DNA of 64,000 bases from Neophaeotheca triangularis (lineage: Eukaryota): NCBI GenBank assembly GCA_054600435.1, contig BAAIJX010000042.1, forward strand, positions 62,001 to 126,000. Reading direction: 5' to 3'. Made by a program: the position numbers and the translations under genes. Of this stretch, positions 9,947 to 21,957 are shown one piece after another (within the stretch, counting starts at the first letter, position 1; each line of letters starts with the position of its first letter). Under the pieces are notes generated by a model, which made no database searches, had not been told where the DNA came from, and saw only the letters and a list, made by a program, of their open reading frames with translations.

Positions 9947-12328
9947 CTACGAAATCTCCATGCCCTCCTCACTACCCTCGCCCTCATCCCCATCAGCCCC
10001 ATCTCCATCTCCGTCCTCGACTTCCATCCTCACACCCTGGCCCTCGTCCCCGACACCTCTCCCCCTCTTCCTCCCCCACCCTCCCAGTCCAAGACCCATC
10101 GCACTCCCCAACCTCGCCCCGCCCAAGCCACCCACAGCCTCTAACTCCTCACCCCCAACAACACGCCCCTCGGCATCGACACCGACCTCACAAAGCTCGA
10201 GCATGGCGGAGCGTTTAAGCCGACGGAAAGAGTCAGTGCGGACCACGCGGCCCCAATGCGTCATGCAGAAGCTCGCGGCGCGGCGTTTGAGCCAGTCTTC
10301 TTGGGCGGTGGCCGCGCGGTCGAAAATAAGCGCCGCGTGTGGAATGTCTAAATCGCGGACGAGGCGGTGCAGGCAGAGGTGACGGAGGCGCGGCATGTCG
10401 TAAATATTGCTCATGACGAGCATGTTGGCGACGTCTTCGAGGGTTGGAGCGTTGTCTGGGGGAGAGATGGTTGCGCTATCGGACGGTGGGTTGGGTGGGG
10501 AGGTGATGCTGTCGGTGTAGAGGTAGTAGAGGAAGGCTTTGACGGCTGGGTAGGGTTCGGGGAGGTGCATCCGGCGGGTGTGGAATTCGGACATTTGCGT
10601 GTTCATCATGCGGGAGAAGTGCGGCCAGCGTGCTGCAAGTATCAGGCGGTGGACGTGGATGGGTTGGGAGGTATTGGTGGAGCTGGTGGCTGTTTCGCAT
10701 GTGCTTGCGGCGCCTGTGCCTGTTGGGGAAGTTATGGAGGCGTCGTCGCTGAGGGTTTCGAGGTCGTCGTAGGCGTCGTCACGGAGAGCGGTAATGGTGA
10801 AGTCGGTACCAGAGCCGGATTCTGGGGGTTGGTTGAAGGTGCGCGCAAGGTCTGCGCCGATTGCTGAAAGGTGAGAAGAGGCGTGGGTGTCTGATGCCGG
10901 TATTTTGGTATCGCTACGGGACTCGCCAGACATTTTGTTGCCTAGCAAGCCAAACTTGCGAAGATCTATAGGGAGAACGTCGCTCAGGTATTCTTCTGCA
11001 TCGCCATTTCCGCCCCCTCTTACTTCACGAGGACAGCCAAGGAGCCATGCATGGGTGCCATCTTGATCTAAGCAGCAATAGTGCCAGCGGTAGGTCGGTG
11101 AGAAGAGGTCTTTGCCGTCTGCGAGTTTCTGCCATCTTAGCGTATCAAGATCAAGCGCGGATAATGAAGTCTCAAGCGGCATGTTCGTGGCTGGAGTGAC
11201 GAAATCTAGCATGCAACCACTGCTGAAGACGTGGAAATGTGTACCAACATTCTGTATTGGTAGATTTGGGGATGAGATGAATTTGACGCTGGAGATAGCA
11301 CCTGGGGCGATGGGAGGTGAGCGTTGGATTTGCGTAGCGGAATTTGACTGAACAGAGCTGCTGTTCGCAGCATATCCCGTACCACCTATCACTGATGGCG
11401 AAGAGGCTCCGAATCCATAGTTGGCAAAGCGTGGGCTCAGTGGACGGGCATCATCAGATCCTGCCGTGCCGTAGCTAGGCCGGCCTTCAAATGCCGGAGT
11501 GCCTCTAAAGTCAAGCCACCAAATGTCGCTCGTTCTTTCCATCTCCTCACCCATTCCGCCAGAGACCCATATCTTCCCGCCCCAGACCCAGCTAGAGTGA
11601 TCGTAACGCGGAACAAAGCGCCATGTGCGGCTCCAGGTCCAGGTCTTGAGATCGAGGAAGCAGATGTCGTCCAGCACACCGTTGTCGTTCCCGCTCATTC
11701 CACCACATACGAACAATTTGTCGTCGTGGATGACTGCGCTATGTCTCGCCCGTCCTCTGGGTATTGGACCGTGTACATCCGGTTGTGTCCAATGTGCCGT
11801 CTTGATATCGAAAATAACAACATCTGATAGGTGTATTCTGTGCTCGTTCTCCCCGCCATATACCAATAGCTTGTCGCCCTGCCATAGACATGAGGTGTGA
11901 CCCATGCGAACGCCAGGGATATCGCCGTAGTTGTCCACCAAGCTCCATTGCCGAGCGGAGAGGTTCAGCTTGAGCACGTGGTTGTATACTTCGTCGGTGT
12001 ATTGATCGAAACCGCCGAAAGCGTAGATGAGGTCGTTGCCAACATATGTGACGGATGCGTTGACGAGACATGCTGGCCGTTGGCCTACTGTGGTAATGAT
12101 ACGAGGCATGTAGGGATCGTTGGAGGTTCGCCGGCGGCCGCTCTTCACGGGTGAGCCAGACATGACAAAGGTGTTGTTCGACATGATGGACGAGCGAGGA
12201 TGGTCACTGTCGAAGCCGTATTGAGACTGGTGGTGTTGGTGGTTGCCATTCAACCAAGCCAGCGAAGTATAAGGCGCTGGAGGTGAGGGGATACTAAGGT
12301 TGAGATTGCGGTGGAGGTTGCTGGCCAT
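9947..12328 (-). CDS. ral2: Kelch-repeat plus BTB/POZ regulatory protein (Ral2-like)
   Basis: 793-aa ORF with Kelch repeats (IYAFGG, LLVYGG, LFVCGG, IWVSGG) and a C-terminal BTB region (HVHRLILAARWPHF...FLYYLYTD). Confidence 0.8.
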   Translation of the reverse strand: MASNLHRNLNLSIPSPPAPYTSLAWLNGNHQHHQSQYGFDSDHPRSSIMSNNTFVMSGSPVKSGRRRTSNDPYMPRIITTVGQRPACLVNASVTYVGNDLIYAFGGFDQYTDEVYNHVLKLNLSARQWSLVDNYGDIPGVRMGHTSCLWQGDKLLVYGGENEHRIHLSDVVIFDIKTAHWTQPDVHGPIPRGRARHSAVIHDDKLFVCGGMSGNDNGVLDDICFLDLKTWTWSRTWRFVPRYDHSSWVWGGKIWVSGGMGEEMERTSDIWWLDFRGTPAFEGRPSYGTAGSDDARPLSPRFANYGFGASSPSVIGGTGYAANSSSVQSNSATQIQRSPPIAPGAISSVKFISSPNLPIQNVGTHFHVFSSGCMLDFVTPATNMPLETSLSALDLDTLRWQKLADGKDLFSPTYRWHYCCLDQDGTHAWLLGCPREVRGGGNGDAEEYLSDVLPIDLRKFGLLGNKMSGESRSDTKIPASDTHASSHLSAIGADLARTFNQPPESGSGTDFTITALRDDAYDDLETLSDDASITSPTGTGAASTCETATSSTNTSQPIHVHRLILAARWPHFSRMMNTQMSEFHTRRMHLPEPYPAVKAFLYYLYTDSITSPPNPPSDSATISPPDNAPTLEDVANMLVMSNIYDMPRLRHLCLHRLVRDLDIPHAALIFDRAATAQEDWLKRRAASFCMTHWGRVVRTDSFRRLKRSAMLELCEVGVDAEGRVVGGEELEAVGGLGGARLGSAMGLGLGGWGRKRGRGVGDEGQGVRMEVEDGDGDGADGDEGEGSEEGMEIS

Positions 12329-12937
12329 GAGACGGGGGTCAAGTCACTTCTTGAGTGGCGTGGAGGGAGTAGGAAGACATGGCAGCGACCATTCAAACAT
12401 ACCGTACAGTACCTCGACACAACGCAGCACAGCTCTCCTCTCTCTCAGTCACGACTTGGTACTCGCTAGACAATAGTAGGCAAGGCCGCCTCTGCTATGA
12501 AGTCCCTTCCTCTCTCGGCGATGCTCGCGGACGGGCCGGCGCGGGACGGTTAGCGCTACATGCTTGGCGCTGTCTGGCTCTCGGCCGACCTTCCACATGG
12601 GCACTATCGATAGTGGATGACAGTGTAGCGCCGTTGCTCCTCGCAACTGACACGCCCAAGCGCCCAAACATTCAGCTATAACAATGGCCCTCGAACCTGC
12701 ACTCATCTTCCTCCTCCTCCTGCTTCTCTCTCCCCGTCACACAAACCAAATCAAACCAAACTCACACATACTCTCTCGCACACTACTCAAGAACGCCTCC
12801 GGGCTTCTTTCCAAACCATCAACGGCTACTGCACGCATATACCGCAACCAATACTAACCGGATCCCTTCACTGGGCCATCTACAGCAACCAACAACACAA
12901 CAACGACAGCAACAACTAACCATAACAATACGCGGAT

Positions 12938-14800
12938 ATGGCAACCCCTTCAGTAATCACTCCCGCCAAGCGCCGTGATGGCATCTTCTCTACTCGCTTC
13001 GCCGGCGGTCGCGCTGCTCTCACCCCTTCTCCCCAGACCCCGCGCACTCAGGTCATCCAAGACGCGGGCGAGAGCATCCACCATGGCAACGTCAATCTCA
13101 TGTCTCGCTTTACGCGCTCCGTCTCGAAGACCAACGTCCGTGACTCGCCCAAGTCCAACATCGCCGCCAAGCACAGCCCTCGCAGGGTAGACCTCGGCGC
13201 TTCCGACTTCACCCTCACGGGCACTGGGCCCCGTCCTTCGACCACCTCGGCCAAGAACACTCCCTCCCGGACTCGTGGTGCTAGGGCTGGCTCGCAGCAC
13301 AGGACGCCCAAGCGTAGCCAAGGCAAGATCAACTACAACGCCGCCGACAGGTTCATCCCCAACCGTCAGGCCAGCGAAGCAATCTCTTCTTCCGGTGCTG
13401 CCGTCAAGCTCGACCACCACTCTGGCGAGCAGACGCCCGGCCGTCGTCCCAGGTCCAGCGCAAGCGAGGGCTCGTCGGTGCTCGCTCAGGGTGCCTCTTC
13501 CGCTTTTGACCTGGGTCGTCCTTCTTCCTCTGACAACGCCGCCGGCCTTTCCCTCGAAGGCCTCTCCCTCAACTCCTCTGCCGATGATGAAGATGAGGAG
13601 GACACACCCAAGCACAAGGCATCCCCCAACACCGTGGCTTACCAGCAAAGCGTCGCCGAGGCCTGTGGTGTGAACATCAAGCAGCGCATCCTCGCTTTCA
13701 AGCCCGCTGCGCCAGAGTCGTCCCGCCCGATCGACCTCCGCAGCCAGTACAACCGCCCTCTCAAGCCTGCGGCTGCTTCGGCTTCCCAATTCCGCCGTCG
13801 CGTCCTGACCGCTCCCGAGCGTGTCCTTGACGCCCCTGGTATCGCAGACGACTACTACCTCAACCTTCTCGACTGGTCGAGCGGCAACCAAGTCGCCATT
13901 GGCCTCGAGCGCAGCGTCTACGTCTGGTCCGCCGAATCCGGCCAGGTCAACTCCCTCCTTGAATGCCCCAGTGACACCTACATCGCTTCTGTCAAGTGGA
14001 GCGGTGACGGTGCCTACGTCGCCGCCGGTCTCGGCTCGGGCGAGGTCCAAATCTGGGACGTTGAGGAGGGCACCAAGCTCCGCAGCATGCACGGCCACGA
14101 CACTCGCGTCTCCGTCATGGGCTGGAACAAGCACATCCTCTCGACCGGCGCCCGTAGCGGCCTCGTCTACAACCACGACGTGCGCATTGCCGACCACAAG
14201 ATCGCCGAGCTCAACGGCCACTCCTCCGAAGTGTGCGGTCTCGAATGGCGCGGGGACGGCGCTCAGCTGGCCACGGGCGGCAACGACAACGTCGTCAGCA
14301 TTTGGGACGCACGCTCGCTCAACGCCCCCAAGTTTCAGAAGCACAACCACAAGGCCGCCATCAAGGCGCTAGCCTGGTGCCCATGGCAATCCAACCTCCT
14401 CGCCACCGGTGGCGGTTCCCACGACCGCAACATCCACTTTTGGAACACCACCTCGGGCGCCCGCGTCAACAGCATTGACACTGGCAGTCAAGTCACCTCC
14501 CTCCGCTGGTCTCTCGGCTACAAGGAACTCGTCTCATCATCGGGATTCCCAGATAACTCCCTCTCCATCTGGTCCTACCCGTCCCTTGTCAAGAACGTCG
14601 AAATCCCCGCTCACGAGTCTCGCGTTCTGCACTCTGCTCTCAGCCCCGACGGACAGATGCTCGCGACCGCGGCCGCTGACGAGAGTCTCAAGTTCTGGAA
14701 GGTCTTCGAGAAGAAGGCTGGTAGCGCTACGGGTGTTAGTGGTGCCGCTGCCACTGCGCAGGCCAAGGCTGGCTTGACTAAGGCTACGACTATTCGTTAA
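12938..14800 (+). CDS. CDC20: APC/C co-activator Cdc20/Slp1 (WD40)
   Basis: C-box DRFIPNR, RILAFKP (Mad2-binding-like motif), ERVLDAPGIADDYYLNLLDWS, WD40 repeats and C-terminal IR tail. Confidence 0.95.
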   Translation: MATPSVITPAKRRDGIFSTRFAGGRAALTPSPQTPRTQVIQDAGESIHHGNVNLMSRFTRSVSKTNVRDSPKSNIAAKHSPRRVDLGASDFTLTGTGPRPSTTSAKNTPSRTRGARAGSQHRTPKRSQGKINYNAADRFIPNRQASEAISSSGAAVKLDHHSGEQTPGRRPRSSASEGSSVLAQGASSAFDLGRPSSSDNAAGLSLEGLSLNSSADDEDEEDTPKHKASPNTVAYQQSVAEACGVNIKQRILAFKPAAPESSRPIDLRSQYNRPLKPAAASASQFRRRVLTAPERVLDAPGIADDYYLNLLDWSSGNQVAIGLERSVYVWSAESGQVNSLLECPSDTYIASVKWSGDGAYVAAGLGSGEVQIWDVEEGTKLRSMHGHDTRVSVMGWNKHILSTGARSGLVYNHDVRIADHKIAELNGHSSEVCGLEWRGDGAQLATGGNDNVVSIWDARSLNAPKFQKHNHKAAIKALAWCPWQSNLLATGGGSHDRNIHFWNTTSGARVNSIDTGSQVTSLRWSLGYKELVSSSGFPDNSLSIWSYPSLVKNVEIPAHESRVLHSALSPDGQMLATAAADESLKFWKVFEKKAGSATGVSGAAATAQAKAGLTKATTIR

Positions 14801-15660
14801 GTCAAGAGCTTGGTCTGCCATCGCGTGGTTTAGGATACTGGAATCCGTGCGTTTGTTCGGGGCATGAGCGAGGCTCTTTTCGTAGTTTTCGGCTTGGACT
14901 GGTTCTTGGGTTAATAACGGCAAAGGGGTCTCCAAACATGGGAAACCGGCAGGCGTTTGCATATTTCTTGCTTTTCGGGCTTTATTGCTCTACTGTTTAT
15001 AGCGTGCGTACACGATGCCCCTCGAGGGTCTACACATTCGTTTGGCTGCTCTCGTTCCTTTTCACGGGTGTGAAATTCTACTACATATCTGGTCTGGTTG
15101 TTGTTGATTAATAGCCTTTCTTCTGTCTTGGAGGACTGGTTGGTTGTGCGCTGGATCACACCTCTCAGTACCAAAGCAATATACCAACTCAACTCGCTCG
15201 CCGTTATTCGAGCCTTTAAGGTGTCCCAGCAGGAAGTGTAACAAATCCATCCAATGCTGCCATCCAAATCCCATCCAGACACTGGGACTCGGGAGTCTTG
15301 GGCGAGGACTACCTTACTAGTGACCTCGCTCTCGCATCACTCTACCCCGAACAACCGAGCCTTGTGCCCCGCCAGCCCACTTTCGTCTGAGCTGGCAGCG
15401 CGAACGACAACAAAGGTAGACCGACGGCGGCGTCACTGTACGGCTCCTAGGAGAATAATATCTGGACCTCTGTTCCAACATGTCTTGCCTTACACATTAC
15501 CTCACCGTCTGCAAAAAGACTGAAAGAACTGTTGCAATCAATCGACAACCACCCTGAATACCTACCTGGCCAACCTTACACTACCTATCACCCTTATCGT
15601 GACTATCGACAATCTCGAGAGCAGCAAACGACACACATTCCAGAGAACAACATTTTAACC

Positions 15661-16619
15661 ATGGCCCAGCTCCTCAAAGGCAATGTCACCGCCATCACCG
15701 GCGGCGTAACAGGTCCGTCCCCCCTCAAGCCCACCCTTCCAACAACACATCCCTAAAACCCCCACCCTCAACCCCAGGCATCGGCAAAGCCATCGCCCTC
15801 GACTACCTCCGCCATGGCGCTCTCGTCGGCGTGAACTACTTCCCCGACGACAAATCGGCTTCGCAATTCGAAGACATGAAGCGCGAAGCCGGCGACCAAG
15901 TCAACTCCAACCTCATCGGCGTGGCGGGGGACATCTCGAAACCCGAGACGGGCAAGGAATTCGTGCGGCAAGTAGTCTCAGGGTTCGGAAAAGGGAGACT
16001 AGACGTCTTTGTGAGCAATGCGGGCGTGTGCGAGTTTGCGGATTTCTTGACGTGAGAGCACGCACCCATCCACTCCCCCAACTCTCGAGACGTCGAGAGC
16101 GAGAGCGTGCTGCGCTTTGCAATCAGCGCTGACAACACCCGGCGGCACAGCATAACCCCAGACCTAGTCGACTTCACCATCCGCACGAACCTGCACGGCG
16201 CCTTCTACGCCGTGCAAGCGGCCGCGCAGCAAATGGCCCGCTCCCAGTCGCCCTCCGGCGGCAGCATCATCGGCATCTCCTCCATCTCGGCGCTCGTGGG
16301 CGGCGCGGGCCAGACGCACTACACGCCCACCAAAGCGGGCATTTTGTCGCTCATGCAGTCGACCGCGTGCGCGTTGGGGAAATACGGCATCAGGTGTAAT
16401 GCGCTGCTGCCGGGGACGATTAGGACGCAGCTCAATGATGAGGATATGGCGGATGAGGGGAAGAAGACGTACATGGAGGGACGGATTCCGTTGGGGAGGT
16501 TAGGCCAGACGCGGGATTTGGCCGGGCCGGCGGTGTTTTTGGGGTGTGAGGAGTTGAGTGGCTATGTTACTGGCAGTCAGTTGTTGGTCGATGGGGGGTT
16601 GTTTGTTAATTTGCAGTAG
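15661..16619 (+). CDS. LRA1: L-rhamnose 1-dehydrogenase (short-chain dehydrogenase/reductase), ~264 aa
   Basis: Exons 15661-15712, 15778-16051, 16151-16619. TGGVTGIG cofactor motif, SNAGVC, SSISALVGG-x2-QTHYTPTKAG (YxxxK) and the LLVDGGLFVNLQ ending typical of rhamnose dehydrogenases. Confidence 0.88.
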
Positions 16620-17484
16620 TGAGTGGAAAAGGACGCGAAGGGTTGGGGGTTTGTGGACGATGCCGTTGGGTGTTTTGTGGCTTCTTTTGTGGTTGAGTGG
16701 ATGCGTGTCGTGAGAGGTATTGGGAACCAGGGAGGCCGTATGGGAGACGTTTGGACCGGGAATGAGAGTGCTCGTCAGCTCGTGATATAGACATCAGACG
16801 ACCTTTTCGAACAGTCAATTTCGCATGACATCTACCTGAATGTCGAAAGTTAAACCACATCAACTTCCCAGCCGACTGACCCAGAAACTCCAATCTCCCC
16901 AAAAGGAATGTACTAAGCGCAAGACCGTCCAGTCCTAAAGACGAAGCCTACTTATCAACATAAAGAAGACGAAAACCTCTACGCTCGAAAGAAGGACCGA
17001 GTACCGGGGCATTTCCTCCACGAGCCCCTGACAACCTACCTACCACCAAAACAGGCCCAGTCACCCATAAACCAACACACACAATATCAAGCAACATGTC
17101 AAAAGTTCACAGACTAGCATTAAAGCCCATCTATGAACAAACCCGTAACCTCTGATTTGGAGTGGGAAGTCTACAAGTACAAATTTTGCTTCCCGCAACC
17201 GCTGCAAGCAGTCGTTTTCGAGTCATCTAAAGCGCTCTCGTGGAGAACGCTCGCTTCGATGGAGACATTTATGTCTGAAACCTCGCCGCCAACTGCCCTG
17301 CCCATCCATCGCGACAATTGAAAGAGATAAAAAAGCGCCTCAAAAAAAACGCCACATGCATGCTCATCATCAAGCACCATTACTAGCCGCCCATCCACCC
17401 ACCCATTGCGTATGTCCTCTCATTTCACCAGCTCGTCACAGTCCCCCTTATTCCCCCAGGCCGATCCGCTCGCAGCTCACTGGC

Positions 17485-20400
17485 TCAACGGATACTAACC
17501 CCACTCCGATCGGTAAACATCCTCGCGGCCACATTCATACTCGCCAACTCCTGGAACAGCAACTTGGCCGCATACGGCACGATGACCTGTGCGATGCGTG
17601 TCTTGTTGCGGCAGGGCCGGCACTCAAACTGCCCTTTACTCAACGAAGCAATGGGGGTCATCAGCCCGCATAACTCGCAGATGTGCACGCGGAAAGCGTC
17701 CGAGACGTCCAAGAGGCGTTCTTTGAGGAAGGCGGACGCGCCGTGGGAAATCATGCAATCGCGCTCCATTTCGCCGAAGCGCAAGCCGCCGTCGCGAGCG
17801 CGCCCTTCGACAGGCTGGCGGGTAAGGATTTGCGTGGGTCCTCGAGCGCGAGCGTGGATCTTGTCGTCGACCATATGGCGCAGGCGTTGGTAGTAGGTTG
17901 GGCCGAGGAAGACTTGCGCGGCGAGTTTCTTGCCTGTGTGGCCGTTGTACATGACTTCGAGACCGCGTTGCTGGAAACCAGCGTCTGCAAGATGGCCCGA
18001 GACTTCGGTGACAGTAAGGGAGGTGAAGGGGGTTGCGTCGCCTTCGACGCCGCCGACGGCACCGACTTTGGAGAGCAGGCATTCGATCAAATGGGCTATG
18101 GTCATGCGCGAGGGAATGGCGTGCGGGTTGATGATGATGTCAGGAACCATGCCGGAGGCGGTGAAGGGCATGTCTTCTTGGCGGTATGTGATGCCGATTG
18201 TACCCTTCTGACCGTGGCGGGAGGCGAACTTGTCGCCGATTTGCGGAACCTTGGTTGTGCGGGTGCGAACCTTGACGAACTTGAGGCCCTCCATGTTGGT
18301 GGTCAGAAGCACTTGGTCGACGATTCCGTTTTCCGTGCTGCGGAGGGGCGTCGAGACGTCGCGCTTGACGTGAAGTTTGGTGCGTTGGCCGAGCTCTTCG
18401 GCATCAGGAGCGATGGGCGCAGTTTTGCCTATGATGATGTCTTCACCACTGACGCGAGAGCCTGGCAAGATGATGCCATCGTCGTCGAGCTTCTCGTAAG
18501 TGCCGTGCTTCATACGGAGGGTGTCTGCGCGGACGGGCTTCTCGAACTGTTCGACGACGCTCATGCCGATGCGCTTTTCTTGATCGATGTAGGCGCGGTA
18601 GAAGAGGGAGCGGAAGAGACCACGGTCGATTGCCGATTGATTCATAATCACGGAATCCTCTTGATTGTAACCGCTGTAGCATGCGATAGCCACAATGGCG
18701 TTTTGGCCTGCGGGCAGTTCTCGGAACTTGAGGAACTCCATGGAGCGTGTAGTGGCGAGAGGCTTCTGTGGATAGTAGAGGACGTTCGCCATGGTGTCCA
18801 TGCGGACGTTGTAGTTGGTGAGCGTGACACCCATGGCTTGTTTACCCATAGCCGATTGGTAGGTGTTACGAGGACTCTGGTTGTGGTCGGGAAAGGGGAT
18901 GATGGACGCGCAAATACCAAGAATCATAGCAGGGTGAATCTCGCAGTGCGTGTACATGTGAATGGCAGGGTTGGGCGCAGGAGTGTAGCGTCTGTGGGGA
19001 TCCATGGTATTTTCGACGAACTCCTGGCCGGCACGAACCGTGCGCCATGCAGCCAGATCGTCTGGTGACATGACAATCATCGCCGTTTCCTCTTCTTCGG
19101 CATCAAGGTACTCGACGATACCCTGACTGACGAGGCCCTTCCAGCCGAAAACCTGCTCGTTGCGCTCTTCGTCGCTCAACCCGGTGGTCTCGATCATCTG
19201 ATCGCCTCGTAGCTTCTCCACATGCTCCGGCTTAAGCGCCAGTTTGCCGTTGTCCGGACTTTTTGGGTCGGTGTCGACGACGAAGAGAGGTCTGCACACA
19301 CGGCCTGCATCTGTGAAGAGCTTGATCTCCTTCGCACGCACGTCTCTGATAATGGTCACTTCAAAGGAGATGATGCCGTTGCGACGAATCTCACGCAGCA
19401 CTCTCACTAGCCAACCGGGGTTGTCATGCACACCAACCCATGTGCCGTTCACGAAGACCTTGGTAGCGCCGGGGTTGGTGACTGGATCGTATTCCTCGAG
19501 AAGATCCATCCCACGCTGCTGCATGAACTCCATGAGCGGCGGGCTTGGAGTACCGACAGAAACGTAACACATGAGTGCCAGGTTCTTGACGAGACCACAA
19601 GCCTGACCTTCTGGTGTCTCGGCAGGACATACGAGACCCCAGTGAGTGTTGTGCAGTTGGCGAGGTTTTGCGATTTTGCCATCACGACCGATGGGTGTGT
19701 TTGTGCGGCGCAAATGCGAAAGCGTGGAGGCGTAGGTATAGCGGTTGAGCACCTGAGAGACACCTGCTTTCGCACTGGCAGCCTTCTTCTGGTCACCCCA
19801 ATTCCCCGTAGCCAAGCAGTATCGTAGACCATTGGAGACGATGTTGCTCTTGACGGCCAAGGCTAAGTTAAACTCTCCCTTGCCCTCAACAGCTCGACCG
19901 AGATAGCCACGCATGTCTTTGACCATCTGCTGGAACTTCAGGCGGAAGACCTGCGCCATGAGAGGACCAGCAAGATCAAGACGCTTCTTGCCAAAGTGAT
20001 CACGGTCATCCTCTTCGACACGACCAAGAGCGCACTGAAGCAGCCTGTTGACCATGTAGCCCAAGAAGAAAGCCTTTCTGGTCTCACTGCCCTCGTCTTG
20101 GCTGATGTGTGGTAAGAATTCCTTTTGGAGAACGTCCCGGGCATACCGCATACGCTTGTCTCTTGTGCCGGATTGGTTGCCTCTTCTGCCAATCCAGTCC
20201 AGGGCGACGTCGCGATCCTGGATGACGAAAGCTTCCTCGATACAGGGCTTGAGCATCTCCAGCATTGCAGTGTCTTTGCTGTTGCAAATGTGGTTCAGGA
20301 TGTCCTGATCAGAGACGACACCCAGGGCTCTGAAGACAATTCCAATCGGCACATCGGTTTTGATGTAGGGCAGAGTGATCTTGACCGTCTTTCCCAGCTG

Positions 20401-21455
20401 GCTGTCCTTGTTCGATCCTCGCTCGTAGAGCTTGAGCTGCAAGCTGCTGATGAGTCTGGTGCCGCGTTCGACTGCCGAGCGAATCTCTGCAACGATTGGT
20501 GTGGGCGAGCCCTTCTTCTTAAACACCTGCACAATGTTGGCGGCACTGCGCTCTTGTGCGATCAAGACCTTCTCGCTACCGTTGATGATGAAATAGCCTC
20601 CCTGGTCGAACGGGCACTCCTGGTGGGCGTACAGAATGTGCTCGCTCTGGTTGCGCAGCAGACACAGCTTACTCTTCAGCATGATTGGCAAACGACCGAT
20701 GAAGACCTTTTCGGCCGTTTCCCTGCCAGTATCATTGGGATCGCGCTCCCAGTATGTCTCAACCTCTTCGCCGTCCCAATCGATCGGAGGGATCCATCGC
20801 ATCTGTTCGTCGTCCCACGCCGCTCCTACAGGCCTCTCACGCGCAATCATAATTCGCTTCGTCATGTCGAGGTAGATGGGTGCGCTGTACGTCAAGTTCC
20901 TCAAGCGTGCCTCATGCGGGGTTAAGACTCGTGTGCCTCCTCCATCACCCTCTGTTATGCTCGCACTGGAGAGACTGAGCTGTCCAAAGATGATCTCATG
21001 CCTTCTCTTGACGATGGGGGCGCCCATGTCATCCTCCTCACCCTGCTGCACTGCTGAGTCGACGACGATTTGGCCCGTCTCCTTCACAACCTCATTCATG
21101 GTAGTACCAGCGAATTCATCGAAGGAATCGAGCTGCTGTGACACAAGACCCTTGGACTCGAAGAAGGACTGGATGACGGTCCAGCAATCCTCGGCCGTAA
21201 TAGAGTCGGGTTTCACAGGCGCGTCCCCTTCCAGTACATCCATCCCACCGTTACCGTACAGGTCCATCTTCAATTGGTCGTCGGTCAACATCTTGGAGGT
21301 GTTGCAAACGTATGGGTGATTTTCAGGATCGCTCTCGGACAATTTGTCCTGCAACCACTGCGGGATTCTGGCCTGGATGTCCTACGGTTCGCGCGGATGA
21401 GTATTGAGTCGAGCAATCGAGCTGCTACCTTCCGCCTTTATTGGCTGTTTACCAT
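17485..21455 (-). CDS. RPB2: RNA polymerase II second-largest subunit
   Basis: [58 protein letters not shown] and C-terminal Zn ribbon. The 5' end is uncertain: modelled as an ATG-only exon (21455-21453), intron 21452-21382, then main exon 21381-17485. Confidence 0.97.
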
Positions 21456-21957
21456 GACACTTCTGATACTTCGCTGTTGGAGTGAAATGCAGAGGGACCG
21501 GTGAAGTGGCGCGTCGCTGCGCAAAGGGCGCGCCTTTGTCGGTGGTCGGCGAAGAACCGGTCGCAGGCGATAGCGCTGGATCACTGATGGAGTGAAAAGG
21601 GTATCGTAAGACTGGCGGAATAATATCGATGTCGGTGGTGGTGGTGGTGGTGAGACAAGGTCGGCGGGGTGGGAGTTGAGAGGGTGGTGTGGGAAAGGCG
21701 AGGTTGAAGGATTGCCCGTGAGGTTGCCAAAGATGCCTGGCAGCAAGTCGCGATGCGGAGGACGGGAGCGCCCGCATTGTGCATGCCAAGATCTCTTGCC
21801 TGAGGCAGGAACGAGGCAGTAGCTACTTCTTCACATGCGCGAAGCCAACTAATATTAACTTCGAACGTCAATATCAGGTCGATACCTTACCTACTACCTA
21901 GGTAGTACTGTATACAACTGTAGTGCAAACAACACTTACTCATAAGACTCAGCCAAC

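Noticed and set aside
12950..14350. 466-aa antisense ORF over CDC20 (likewise 17683-19068 over RPB2, 56848-58107 over the dehydrogenase, 1621-2499 and 2762-3658)
   Set aside because: Shadow frames expected from GC-rich codon bias on the coding strand; no motifs of their own.
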